Assembly (NCBI GenBank): GCA_049999805.1
Contig: JBNGIO010006235.1
Span: forward strand, 86,430 to 123,102
DNA length: 36,673 bases
From: Folioceros fuciformis
Lineage: Eukaryota
Direction of reading: 5' to 3'
The notes beneath the pieces are model-generated. The model had not been told where the DNA came from. It worked only from the letters and a program-made list of their open reading frames with translations, and ran no database searches. Every line of letters starts with the position of its first letter. Position 1 is the first letter of the stretch. The translations under genes and the position numbers were made by a program. Below, one piece after another: positions 1-11,264 of the stretch.

Positions 1-56
1 ATATAATATAACCCTAATCTCATTATGCCAACATCAATACTCCTTCAAGCTCAAGG

Positions 57-1318
57 CCAAAACGCCAAGAGCCTACTCCTTTACTTGAATAAGAGTGAAT
101 ACGAGCCTTTTATGGCACAAGAGATAATAGTGTGTTGAGGTGGAGTGATAAACACTCATCATCTACATGGGACGATGAAGTGAGAGCAATAAATACCGGC
201 TGGGGAGCACCGTATTAAACGAACCGCCAGGTAAGTAGATTTGTGGAATTTTGGTGGGTGGAGTTTATAACCAAATGACACTTAATAGATCAAAAGGGAA
301 GATGATGAAGGTCAGAACAAATTTTGCTAGATGTGCAACAAGCTTTGTGAGTCAAGCTTTACACCCTTTCCTTCTTTGCAAGCCTGCATTAGGTTCTTAC
401 AGCATTGGACTTCTGTCTGACCACTTCCCTCAGTGAACATCGAGCAAAATCCATCCCGACCTCCATCATCCTCCCTTTTGATCCAGTAGGCACCATTTTT
501 TCATTAACTCCGCTCACCAAAATCCCTTTTTGCTTAAGCTCTGGATGCGCTTTCGTTCATCCAACTGGATCTCAATACCACCATTCCATCACTCTTTGTT
601 TCTACAAGACATGAAGTATGGCTTGTTTTTGAAGTCTACATTAGTGCCACTATACGTCTAGTCAGCCAACCACATTAGCAAGTCCATAGCTACAATAATG
701 TTGCGAGTACATGGAGGCACATAGCACATAGACCATGGTCATTGGCGTTTTACTGAAAGTGGACCAATTGGAGGAGCCAGGGCGGGAGTCACTTGTTGAA
801 GGCAATCCCGAATATTGGTAGGACTTGCAATCCTAAGATGACGAAAGTGATGCCTATGGACATTGAGTGCATTCAAAGCACAAGTCAATGCTGAATAGTT
901 TTTATAGGCAGTGGTTGAGTAGATGGTAGGCATAGGTTCTAGTGATGGTTAAGACGTGCCCATAGTGGGGCCTTAGAATAATTACGGGCTCAACTGTGGG
1001 CAAGGGGGTCATAAGATAAATAGATGTATGTGTTGTGGTAAGTCTTTAGTAGTTATATTGGACTGGTTGGCATCCTCAACAAAGGGGCAGCCATAACACC
1101 TATGCAGCTAGATAATGCGAGAAGCCCAAGAAGACCTGAGGATGAATGAGTCCCAAAGAAGAACTCTTAGTACTCAGCCATAATGCTTTTATAAGAGGAG
1201 GCATGAGGACCCCTCAACCCTTCTCTACATAAGAAGATGAAAAGAGGTAGGTTCTCACAAGACTCCAACGTAAAGAGTCCCTCGCTTGCCTACGAGATAC
1301 CTGCAAAGGGAAAACGCC
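57..1318. repeat. Copy A of a dispersed, probably transposon-derived repeat (homologous blocks 57-107 and about 1127-1318, separated by about 1 kb absent from copy B)
   Basis: ccaaaacgccaagagcctactcctttacttgaataagagtgaatacgagc and gacccctcaacccttctcta...cttgcctacgagatacctgcaaagggaaaacgcc align by eye, in the same orientation, with 34996-35240. No recognisable transposase or RT motif. Confidence 0.7.
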
Positions 1319-1390
1319 ATAAACCTAGGCTTTCTAAGTGACATTAAAAACCTTCATAATAGTAAAAAAAGCCCATCCCCAAAAACTAGA

Positions 1391-1500
1391 GAAAAGAGCT
1401 TTCTAAGATGCATTAAAAAAGTTCACAACCTAAAGAAAAGAGCTTTCTAAGCAATATTAAAGCTTCACAGACGAAAGAAAAGAGCTTTCTAAGCGACATA
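1391..1500. repeat. Degenerate 42-44 bp tandem repeat (core gaaaagagctttctaag, 3 copies)
   Basis: The core recurs at about 1391, 1435 and 1477, with a partial copy near 1329. Confidence 0.8.
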
Positions 1501-1648
1501 CTATCATAAGCTCCCAAACCACTAAACCTTGTAGAGGATGGGTTTTCACGAAACGTACATAAGCACACAAATTTGCATAAATCCCCCAAACGAACCCTAC
1601 ATGGATATGGATGCCCAATCCTCCAAAACGATCAAAGTTTCCATGATG

Positions 1649-1818
1649 CCCCACAATCTTCACATTACGAACCAAGAACCAAATCTTGCAACGGCAGAGG
1701 TCCCTACAAACAAGTGCCAAGCTGCGGTAAGACCCCACAATCTTCACATCACGAACCGAGAACCAAATCTTGCAATGGCAGAGGTCCCTACAAACAAGTG
1801 CCAAGCTGCGGCAAGACC
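1649..1818. repeat. 84-bp tandem duplication (2 copies)
   Basis: ccccacaatcttcacat...gtccctacaaacaagtgccaagctgcgg starts at 1649 and at 1733, with few mismatches. Confidence 0.95.
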
Positions 1819-2350
1819 ATCAGGGGATTAATAGTAGCAACCAGTGAGCACTAGTAGAAGGAAAAAATAAATGTCCTAAGAGCAGATATGTATGTGTCCT
1901 CTTCACATAGCAAGCTTCGATATCTAGTAGCCATGGCAATAAGGATGGGCACCAAAGCCTTCTTTTCCAATAGCATCCTCATAGATGACTAGCATCATGT
2001 AGTCACCTACCAAATGAGCAGGGAGACAAGAGGGTGCATAAGGCCACAATCTTTGCAAGGGCATCAGTGGTTCATCTCTTCTCTTCAATCTTCATAACTT
2101 CTTCTCATCCCAATTTAATTTCCACAACTCCTCTTTGAAGAAAGTAGAACAAGTTTTTATACTCCATAAAGCAACAATGTGTTTCCAGCTCCTTTTAAAT
2201 CCTTCATGGACGAAAGACCAAAACTTCTGTCTTCTTGACAATCTTATGTTTAGCCATCAATTGCTTAATGAAACTTTTCTTATCTCCTACTACATGGTGA
2301 TTAGACTATAATTGGTATTACACCATAATAAATTTAGAAGCAATTGTAGA

Positions 2351-2351
<1 letters not shown>

Positions 2352-2385
<34 letters not shown>

Positions 2386-2388
2386 TAA
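2352..2388. repeat. (AAT)n microsatellite
   Basis: Run of aat units, read directly. Confidence 0.95.
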
Positions 2389-3137
2389 CCATAAATATTA
2401 ACATCATCATTTATCATTATGATCATCTTTTTCTTGCTTGTGAAAACAAAAACATGCATTGAATTGGAGAAGTTTGGGTTGAAGAAGTTTAGTTGAAGAA
2501 AAGATAGGAAATGAGAACAACATAGTCTAAGGGTGAACTAGCTACTTTGTAAAGTCTACCTATTCGTTTTTTAATATGCTTCATAATACTAGTTTTTAGA
2601 TTAGGATCTAAGTGTCTGAGTTTAAATCCGTCCCATGACCCTAGGTGAACTTACAAAAAAATCTTACTCTATTAAAACTTAGAAGATATTTTCCTTCTCT
2701 CTGTGTTAAAGAAACTCTAGTAGACAATATGTACTTAGTTAGTCTTGTAAACGTTCTCTAAAAATTTCGGTATGTGCCCAATGGATGGGGATTGTCCCAC
2801 TAGTGTCACGAGGCAGATGTTGGGGGGTTTGCCCACAAGCCAGAGCTAGGCAGGATTGCCAGTGGTGGGTAATCCTCCCTCCTGCTGTGTAAAGATATTG
2901 TGACCTAACGCGTAACAGCGAGGGACGAAGCGAAAGGGACGGACATTTTGTACAAGAAATCGTGCAAGGACCGTGACGAATGGAAAATCGCGCGGGAGAT
3001 GGAGCAGATGTGGGGGAATTAGACTAGTCGAAGACATGAATGCTTGACGCGGCTGGCCAGGGAGCCCTGCACTTCGCGTGGAGAACAATACGCCAGATCG
3101 GGGCTGATGAATGCTGCAGCTGTAGGGATTTGATAGC

Positions 3138-6100
3138 ATGACCATGGATCCCTCGGCGGCAGCTGTGGAGGAGCCTGGCGCGCCTGCACAGTCCGAGGCC
3201 ACCGAGCCCGTGCCGATTGACGACCACGCCGAAGGGATCGGGGAGAAGGCAGAGGAGGTCGTGCAGGAGAAGGAGCTGACGCCGGAGGAGCTGGCTGAAG
3301 CTGCATTGGAACGCCTTTTTGCGTCTCCGTTTTTCGCTTCCACTGTGAGCCTTGGAGTAGTGACGCGTTGTGGATCTGAGGGGAGGTTGGAAATTTGTTG
3401 AATTTGTGGTGTTGCATGCAGAACGAGAAAGCAGCGGTTGAAGGTGACGAGGATCAGCAGGCCGATCTTAGAGTTACTGGAGGCGATCTCACTTTTGGTG
3501 AAGATATCGGCAGGTTCGGGTGCAAGCCACTCTCTTAAGTCCGTTTGTGATGAGTGAGGAAGGAATCTGATGAGTGCATTGTTGGTTGCAGTGAGGAGGT
3601 CTCGTTGGAAGGGCTGCAAGAAGAACTAGAGCACTACAAGGGTCAGGAGGTTGGTCTCTGTCCCCTGGTGTGGTATGATTGTGTCACCTCGACCTGTTCG
3701 TCTGCTGATAACTCTGTCGTTGTTAGATTGTAGCAAAGATTCTCGGACAGGGAAGTGGATTGGTAGAGTATGCCAGAGACGTGGAGGAGAAGTTGCGGGT
3801 TGTGGAGCTTGAGTCCATTCAGGTGCATTTCTGGCAGCTGTTGTGTTGAGGTTTGTGGGAGGCGTAGTGGGATTTCTTGATCTTTGACTGCTGCTGCACA
3901 CACAGGACTACATAAGTGAAAGCGACAACTTGGTATCTCTCCATACTCAGATAAAGGATTGTGACACTATTCTCACACACATGGAAGCTTTGCTTGGGGG
4001 ATTCCAGGTATCTGTTGGCTAAATCAGGGGCAATTGGTGCGAATTTGGACTGTGTTCTTATGTTCTGTTGTTTTGTGTCTCTGAAGGCTGAGCTTGGTTC
4101 CATTAGCTCAGAGATAAGGAGCCTGCAAGAGCAGTCGATGAGCATGGGTGTGAAGCTTCGGAATCGCAAGGTTTGAACTCCTCGTGGCCAATGACTGTAT
4201 TTATGGGCTCGTCAAAGTCAGTCTTGATCCATGTAATTGCCTCTGTAGGCAGCAGAGACAAAATTGGCGAGATTCATCGAAGAAATTGTTGTGCCCCCTT
4301 CCATGATTGATGTCATCCTGGATGGAGAGGTAATGTTGTCGCTGGCAGGTTGTGAATCTAAGGAGCTTACTGTTCTCAATCTGGCATGGATTAAAGTCTT
4401 CATTTTGAAACTGCAGATCACGGAAGAGTATATGAAGAATCTTCAGCTGCTCAGTCAGAAACTGAAATTCATTGCGGATGATGCTACAGTAAAGGATTCT
4501 GCAGCCTACCGGGATATTGAACCTGAATTTGAGAAATTGAGGGTTAAAGGTGTCTCAAAGGTTTGTAGACATCCTCCTGCAGTTTCATAGTTTCTTGACA
4601 GTGTGACAAAGGTTATAGTTGTTGAGGTTATCTCCGCTCTGTTCAGGCCAGGGAGTTCATCATGCAGAAGCTGGTGGCGCTGAGGAAGCCAAAGACGAAC
4701 ATTCAGATATTGCAGCAGAATGTTTTACTCAAATACAAGTTTGTAACTTCTGACCAAGCATTTGGGAGTCTGGCCATTGTTGACAAGGATGCGGCTGTCA
4801 ATTTACTTGAGTTTCTGTTGGCAGGTACGTGATCACATTTTTACGTGACCATGGCAAGGAAGTCTATCCAGAAGTCCGTGCCGCCTACTTAGACACAATG
4901 AACAAGGTATGTGCCGTTCCCGCTGCTGCAGCATAGCTCCCTTAATTCACATTGCATGTGCGTGTACTATTGATATGTCCCATGTTTCCATGATCTTGAA
5001 ATGATCATTGTATCAGGTACTGAGTGCACATTTCCGAAGCTACATTCAAGCCTTGGAAAGGCTCCAACTTGACATTGTGACTAGAAATGATCTGATTGGT
5101 GTGGAGGATAATCGGAATGTTGGGATATTTTCTCGAGTACGGGAGGGTTTGAAGAATAAATCAGCTGTCTTTTCTCTTGGAACTCGAGCCCAGATCCTCA
5201 AAGTAAGTGCTGTTGGATCGAATTGAGTGGAACTCGTAGAGTCCGTAGTATGCAACAGTGGGTCTGACGAAGTTCTGTTGGTGTGCATCCCCCAGGATGT
5301 GGACCAGCCCGCAATTATTCCTCATATAGCAGAAGCTAATGCAACAAAGTTTCCATATGAGGTTCTCTTTCGCAGCTTGCACAAGTTGCTGATGGACACC
5401 GCCACCTCTGAGTACTTCATTCTTGGCACTCGCTCTATAAGAGTTCCTGCCTCACTTCCTGACCGTAGACGGAATTTGCTCTGGGTGATTTGGCATATCC
5501 TGCCATGAAATGAATGCATGTTTCACAAGGCTTGACATTTATTGAATTGAAGTGTCCAGTGAGACTGCCTTTGTGTAGCTGTTCCTACTAGTCATTTTGA
5601 GCTGGGTTTCCTCCCGAACCTGAGTCTGGTGCTGTTTGACTGCAGGTATCTCTTCTGTCTCGGTTTTTTTGGAGAGGATGCCATATTCAATGAAATATTT
5701 GCAGGTGCTATTGTTAAACTTGACACAACTCTAATGCTAGGGAGCGGCAAGGATGCATCTTGAAGTTAAGAGTGTTGTCCTGAAGGGGCTGATATCACTC
5801 CCCTTGCCTGAGATGTGGAAACAAGCTCTGTCGAACGATTTGATTCTGTTGAATATCACATTGGTCTCTACATTTTTTTGATTCAGGTCCTTTCGCTGTC
5901 ATTGATGATCACGTAAACACGGTTTTGACAAATTGTTTCGATGCTGTGGGGCTCATGCTCATGATTCGGTTGACATACCAGCATCAGGTATTTCTTGACC
6001 ATCAACGGATAATGCTTGGCTTTAAAAGATCAGGAAATCATGTTACTAGGGAGGTTGTCTGTGTCTTTTAACGAGTCTCTCGTATTTGTGAAAAGTAGCT

Positions 6101-7307
6101 CATTATGTCAAGGCGGCGAGTTCCTTGTCTTGACTCCTATTTTGATAAGGTATGTTTTGTGGTTTTGCGACTGCAGCAATCAAGTGTTTGCATTTACGCT
6201 TACTTGGAGCAATTGGTTGTGTCACTCAGGCAAATCTTCTTCTGTGGCCACGGTTTAAGGTTGTGTTTGATATGCACCTAAACAGTTTACGAACTGCAAC
6301 TCCCCGCACTCTGTGGGAAGATGATGTGCATCCGCACTACGTGTTCCGGCGATATGCAGAATTTGCTGCATCTCTGCTGCAGCTCAACATCGACTATGGT
6401 GATGGTCAGGTGCGTTTGCGCACACACGGGATGGCTGTTGTTACATGTAACTGTCGTCTGATCTTGATTCACCTACAGCTAGAGTTAAATTTGGAGCGCC
6501 TCCGGGTGGCTGTGGATGACTTGTTGGTGAAGCTCGCCCGCATATTTCCAAAGCAAAAGCAACAGAGTGTCTTCCTCATCAACAACTATGACATGGTGCT
6601 GACAGTCTTGAAGGTAGTGACGTAACAGTGAGACTGTGTGGACAGTGTTAATGGAGTTCGAGGTGCTAACATCCGGTCTCATGCCGCAGGAAGCTGGCGT
6701 TGAAGGGGGAAAGACACAGCAGCAGTTTGAAGAGTTATTGAAGAGCAGCACCACGGTTTTTGTGGTAGGACGAGATTAATACGCTTTTCTTAGTCGCGTG
6801 TTTTGGAGCAGTTAGAAACGTTGGTAAGACAGGTGTATGTGGCTCTTCCGCAGGAGGAAGAACTGAAGGAGCACTTCCAGAAGATGATACAGTTCGTGAA
6901 AACGAGAGCTGGTAAGTGCACGCAGTGATGCGACCTGCGAGATATGCAATGCGTTTATTGTGTTTGACCTCTTGCTGGCTTTCCGAACAGGTGACAGCTC
7001 TAGCGCAACGTCCAGTGCGGCTGGCTCACAGCCTATCACTCTACAGGATGTGGAGCCGTTGGTGAAAGATTTTGCCAAGAGATGGAAGGGTGCCATCGAG
7101 CTGATGCACAAGGATGTGATAACGTCATTCAGCAACTTTTTGTGTGGCATGGAGATATTGCGAGCGGCGCTAACTCAGCTGCTTCTCTACTACACTCGCC
7201 TTTCCGATTGTTTGAAGCAAGTTGGTGGAGGAGAGGCACTGGGCAAGGACGTTGTTTCCATAGCCTCCATCATGTACGAAATCAAGAAATATTCGCGAAC
7301 ATTCTAG
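3138..7307 (+). CDS. VPS52: Vacuolar protein sorting 52, GARP complex subunit (about 20 coding exons; gene span given)
   Basis: Spliced exons (e.g. 3138-3344, 3422-3513, 3592-3649, 3727-3822 ... 6991-7307) give SLEGLQEEL, LRKPKTNIQILQQ, PYEVLFRSLHKLLMDTATSEY, LWPRFKVVFDMHL, LWEDDVHPHYV and C-terminal SIMYEIKKYSRTF*, matching plant VPS52/POK as I recall it. Canonical GT-AG introns. Confidence 0.95.
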
Positions 7308-7982
7308 AGCCGGCCTGTGTTTCCTCACTCGTAAGTTTCCTCTTCCGGTGGCCGCGTGCTGCTGTCTACCTAGTGGTCTCGGAACAATTCAAGATACGCG
7401 GCGAGAAAGATGAGCAGATCGGGAACGTCGCGAGCGGACCGCTGGGCGGCGCCTTATCTTTCAGAACTTGAGCAATGCATCTTCGAGGGCCTCGCTACCA
7501 GACTACACAGAGGTCACTTTGCCATACTGGTCTTGAGCCAGGGTGTCCAGAAGGTTATGAAGCCTCACTCCTGACTGCCTAATGGTCTCAAGTTTATGGA
7601 AGATGATTTTTTTCCTTTCATCGCGTTCTCGTGTGTGAAGTCTCCAATTACAGCGACATTCATGTTGCTCAAGCATCAGGCATAACAGCGTGTAACGGAG
7701 AGGTTAAGCTCGTGTGTTAACTGGGTCACCGGGCAAGGTCGATTTGTCCTCCGTAGTCCGTGAAGCCCTGTGCATGCACCAGACGTACAGGCTTGCAGGG
7801 TCCTGACGGCCAGTCTCCAACTATGGATTGGGGCTTGTTAAGGAGAGTGTCCGAATGTTGACCCGCCCGTGATCTGATCCAGTACCAAACTACCATGACA
7901 CGAAACCAGCTTGGTCGTCTCTTCAACCAATGCGTACCATTGCAATACCATTACTGGGTTGTAGTGTGCTCTTCCCTTCTTC

Positions 7983-10900
7983 TCACGGTCGACCCTTGCA
8001 ACTGCAAGAACCAGCTGCGAATCGATGCACACGGTATCCATCTCTCACAACTATGTCCCTCTGTTCAAGCCTTGACATGATCTCAGTGGAACTATGGCAG
8101 TCACTGCACATGCGTAGGTTCTTCGTCACCACCAGGGGTGTCCCACTCGGAGTGTTCAACAGGCCAAACGCAAGAGCTAGTTTCTCAGCATGCCCACACA
8201 GCGCATCTTCCTTTTCCTGCTCAGACAACGGCTTCAACACCAACTTGGTGTGAGGTAAGTGGCCTCCTTCCTGCTTCACACGTGCGTTCGTGCTCTCCAG
8301 CTTGAGAGCGATATCCTCCCTCTTTTCCCCCACCAGAAATCGATGTACCTGCCTGTTCACCTCAATGGTGGTAACTGCGGGTTTCTTGTTCGCTCCTGAA
8401 ACCTTTCTCTGTGTTTCGATCCTGTCTACATCCATCCACCTGCCTGCGTCTGCGTAGGCATTGGCCATGAGCACATGCGCAGACGCATTCTGAGGGTCCA
8501 CCTTCACGATGCGTTCGAAACAACATATCGCCCTCTCTATGTCCCCGTAGCTTTTGGAGGCACTCAACAGAGTCGTCAAGCCCACAATGTTACAGTCACT
8601 TTCAATGGCCTCACATGATGATAGCATCCTCTCGGCCTCACCTAGACGGCCTGCACGCCCAAGAAGATCAACCATGCAGTTGTAATGCTCAGGAGTGGGC
8701 TTGATGCCGTGCTGGTCAGCCATGGAATCAAAGAGACTGCGACCCTCGTCGACCAGTCCCTCGTGACTGCATGCTGCTAGAAGGGAAGTGAAAGTAGCAC
8801 CGTCAGGCTGAATACCAGCAACTAGCATCTCCTCAAAACAAGCTAGTGCCTTGTGACCTTCATCACAAGAGCCGTACCCAGATATCAGGGCGGTCCATGT
8901 CACCACATCCTTTCTGTCCATGCAGTCAAAAACCTGACGTGCATCTTCCAGTTCTCCATATTTCGCATACATGTCCACCAGGCAGGTGCCCAACACTGCG
9001 TTTTTCAGCAGACCTTTCTTGACGATCAGCGAGTGCAGTTGCCTGCCCTTCTGCAGCGCACCACTGCTTGCACAGGCTTTCAGAAGGCAAGCAAAAGTAA
9101 CCCCGTCCGCAAGAATGCCCTCCTGCTCCATTCGTCCGTACAGGGCGAGTGCCTCATGTCCGAGCCCTTGCTGGGTATACCCAGCTATTAGGACATTCCA
9201 TGTCACCACATCCTTTGTGTTCACGCTGTCAAAAACCTGGCGTGCTTCCTCCAGTTCACCACACCTTGCATACATGTCCACCAGGCAGGTGCCTAACACT
9301 ACGTTATCCAGCAGCCCTCTTTTGACGATCTGTGAGTGCAGCTGCCTGCCCTCCCGCAAGGCACCAGTGCTTGCACAGGCCTTCAGAAGGCAACCATAAG
9401 TAACATGGTTAGCCAGAATCAGGCCCTCCTGCTCCATTCGTCCATACAGAAGAAGCACCTCTTGGCCAAGCCCTTGCTCGGCATAGCCTGCTATTAGAGT
9501 TGTCCATGTCACCACATCCTTCGTGCTCATGCCGTCAAAAACCTGGCGTGCGTCTTCCAGTTCACCGCATTTTGAATACATGTCCAACAGGCAGTTGACC
9601 ACCTGTACGTTCTCCATCAGTCCTCTTTCAATAATCTGTGAGTGAAGCTGCCTGCCCTTCTGTAAGGCACCGCTGCTTGCACAGGCATTCAGAAGGCAAG
9701 CAAAAGTGACATGGTTAGCCAAAGTCAGCCCCTCCTGCTCCATTTGTCCGTACACAGCTATTGCCTCGTGTCCCAGACCTTGCTGGGAATACCCAGTTAT
9801 CAACACCGTCCATGTCACCACATCCTTCGAGGCCATGCTGTCAAAAACATGGCGTGCATCTTTCAGTTCACCACATTTTGCATACATGTCCACCAGGCAG
9901 TTGCCAACAAACAAGTTAGTAGACATGGCACTCTGCACCACATCGCAGTGCAATTTCCTGCCCGATTCCAAGTCGGCGGCTAATGCGCAAGCTTGAAGGG
10001 CAGCTACGAAGACGTGGGCATCCGCCTTCACTCCTGACCTGCGCATCTCGTGGTACAGTTGTATGGCCTCATCAGGTTTCCCATGCTTAGCGTACGCGGA
10101 GATCATCGAAGTCCACATGAAGACATCCGGTTTGGGCACCCTGGTGAACGCATCCATCGCCTCCTGCAGCATACCTCCAGATGCATACATGCGCAAGATA
10201 TGGTTCCCCAAGTATGCCTTCAAATTGTACCCAAGTTTAACAGTGAGTTTGTGAACTCGTCGGCCCACAACCATATCCTTCTGCTCTCTACACAGTTTCA
10301 GCACACTGTAAAACAGAGACGGAGAAATGGCAGAGTCTGTCTCCACCAGAGATTCCAGGGCTACAAGAGCCTCACAAAGCTTCCCCTGCTGACATAGCAT
10401 GCTCACGGTTCCAGCCGTTACGACGCCCATTTCCGATCCTTCCCGCCTGCTAAGTTGGGGCTTACACCGAGAGCGCGACTTGGATGGAGAGCCACCATGA
10501 CCCATCTTCACATTCAAGGAAACGAGCTTCTCATCAACCCAAGCAGGCTTGAACGTGTTGTTTAACCACAGGACCTCGCCGGACCCCTTTCGCCGGAAGT
10601 CAGGCGAACCTGAGCTCTTCTTATCTCGTCTGTTGTCCCACCACATAGTGGGTTCCATAAAAAGATGTTGCCACAAGTGCTCGTGTTCCTCCCGGAGATC
10701 ATCGTTGGAAAACCTAGCCGTACCCACACTTTTGATCGGAAGTGGCAGTGCTGGGCTTGTTACACTGCTGCACCTGGCGCCCATCCCCGATCTATCATGC
10801 CTGCCAGATTCAGGCTTACCCGGCGAGCTGCACTCGGAAAGAGCGACACCTTGACCCATCTGCATATCCAAGGAGAGGAGCTGCTCATCAACCCAAGCTG

Positions 10901-11264
10901 GCTTAGACACATTGTCCAACCATAGCACCTCGCCAGACCCCTTACGTCGGAAGTCAGGCGAACAGGAGCTCTTCTTATCTCGTCTGTTGTCCCACCACAT
11001 GGTCGGGTCCAGAAAAAAATGTTCCCACAAGCGCTCCTGCTCCCTCTCCTGCTCCTGGCAGCCACCATCGCTTGAAAGCCCGTTCCCACCCACCCCTATC
11101 CGGTGAACTGGAAGTGCTGGGCTCCTTAAGCTGCTGCACCTGGGGGCTTTGCTAGCCACGAGTAGAGTCCCTACAGGAAGGTGACCGGGAGCGTCTGGTA
11201 GAATCCGTGTACACACCCGAATATGTTGGGTCCACAACGATTCCGGTTGCCACACTGCGGCCAT
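7983..11264 (-). CDS. PLS-class PPR protein, 1093 aa, intronless: 2 PDF-like motifs, about 17 PLS motifs, E1-E2, DYW:KP (GRP-ending) domain; candidate U-to-C RNA-editing factor
   Basis: Repeating P/L/S motifs (DVVTW..LI.GY, VTF.CLL.ACA, LVDMYAKCGELEDAR.VFD), then KKPAVTTIEV, CGHAEKLALAFG, KNLRMCSDCH and terminal CSCKGRP*. N-terminal WWDNRRDKKS..SPDFRRKGSGEVLWL occurs twice. Confidence 0.95.
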   Translation of the reverse strand: MAAVWQPESLWTQHIRVCTRILPDAPGHLPVGTLLVASKAPRCSSLRSPALPVHRIGVGGNGLSSDGGCQEQEREQERLWEHFFLDPTMWWDNRRDKKSSCSPDFRRKGSGEVLWLDNVSKPAWVDEQLLSLDMQMGQGVALSECSSPGKPESGRHDRSGMGARCSSVTSPALPLPIKSVGTARFSNDDLREEHEHLWQHLFMEPTMWWDNRRDKKSSGSPDFRRKGSGEVLWLNNTFKPAWVDEKLVSLNVKMGHGGSPSKSRSRCKPQLSRREGSEMGVVTAGTVSMLCQQGKLCEALVALESLVETDSAISPSLFYSVLKLCREQKDMVVGRRVHKLTVKLGYNLKAYLGNHILRMYASGGMLQEAMDAFTRVPKPDVFMWTSMISAYAKHGKPDEAIQLYHEMRRSGVKADAHVFVAALQACALAADLESGRKLHCDVVQSAMSTNLFVGNCLVDMYAKCGELKDARHVFDSMASKDVVTWTVLITGYSQQGLGHEAIAVYGQMEQEGLTLANHVTFACLLNACASSGALQKGRQLHSQIIERGLMENVQVVNCLLDMYSKCGELEDARQVFDGMSTKDVVTWTTLIAGYAEQGLGQEVLLLYGRMEQEGLILANHVTYGCLLKACASTGALREGRQLHSQIVKRGLLDNVVLGTCLVDMYARCGELEEARQVFDSVNTKDVVTWNVLIAGYTQQGLGHEALALYGRMEQEGILADGVTFACLLKACASSGALQKGRQLHSLIVKKGLLKNAVLGTCLVDMYAKYGELEDARQVFDCMDRKDVVTWTALISGYGSCDEGHKALACFEEMLVAGIQPDGATFTSLLAACSHEGLVDEGRSLFDSMADQHGIKPTPEHYNCMVDLLGRAGRLGEAERMLSSCEAIESDCNIVGLTTLLSASKSYGDIERAICCFERIVKVDPQNASAHVLMANAYADAGRWMDVDRIETQRKVSGANKKPAVTTIEVNRQVHRFLVGEKREDIALKLESTNARVKQEGGHLPHTKLVLKPLSEQEKEDALCGHAEKLALAFGLLNTPSGTPLVVTKNLRMCSDCHSSTEIMSRLEQRDIVVRDGYRVHRFAAGSCSCKGRP

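Noticed and set aside
1538-1854. Short ORFs with a 28-aa duplication
   Set aside because: Fully explained by the 84-bp tandem repeat; no evidence of a gene.
2846-3619. 257-aa minus-strand ORF
   Set aside because: Antisense to the first VPS52 exons; Ser-rich shadow.
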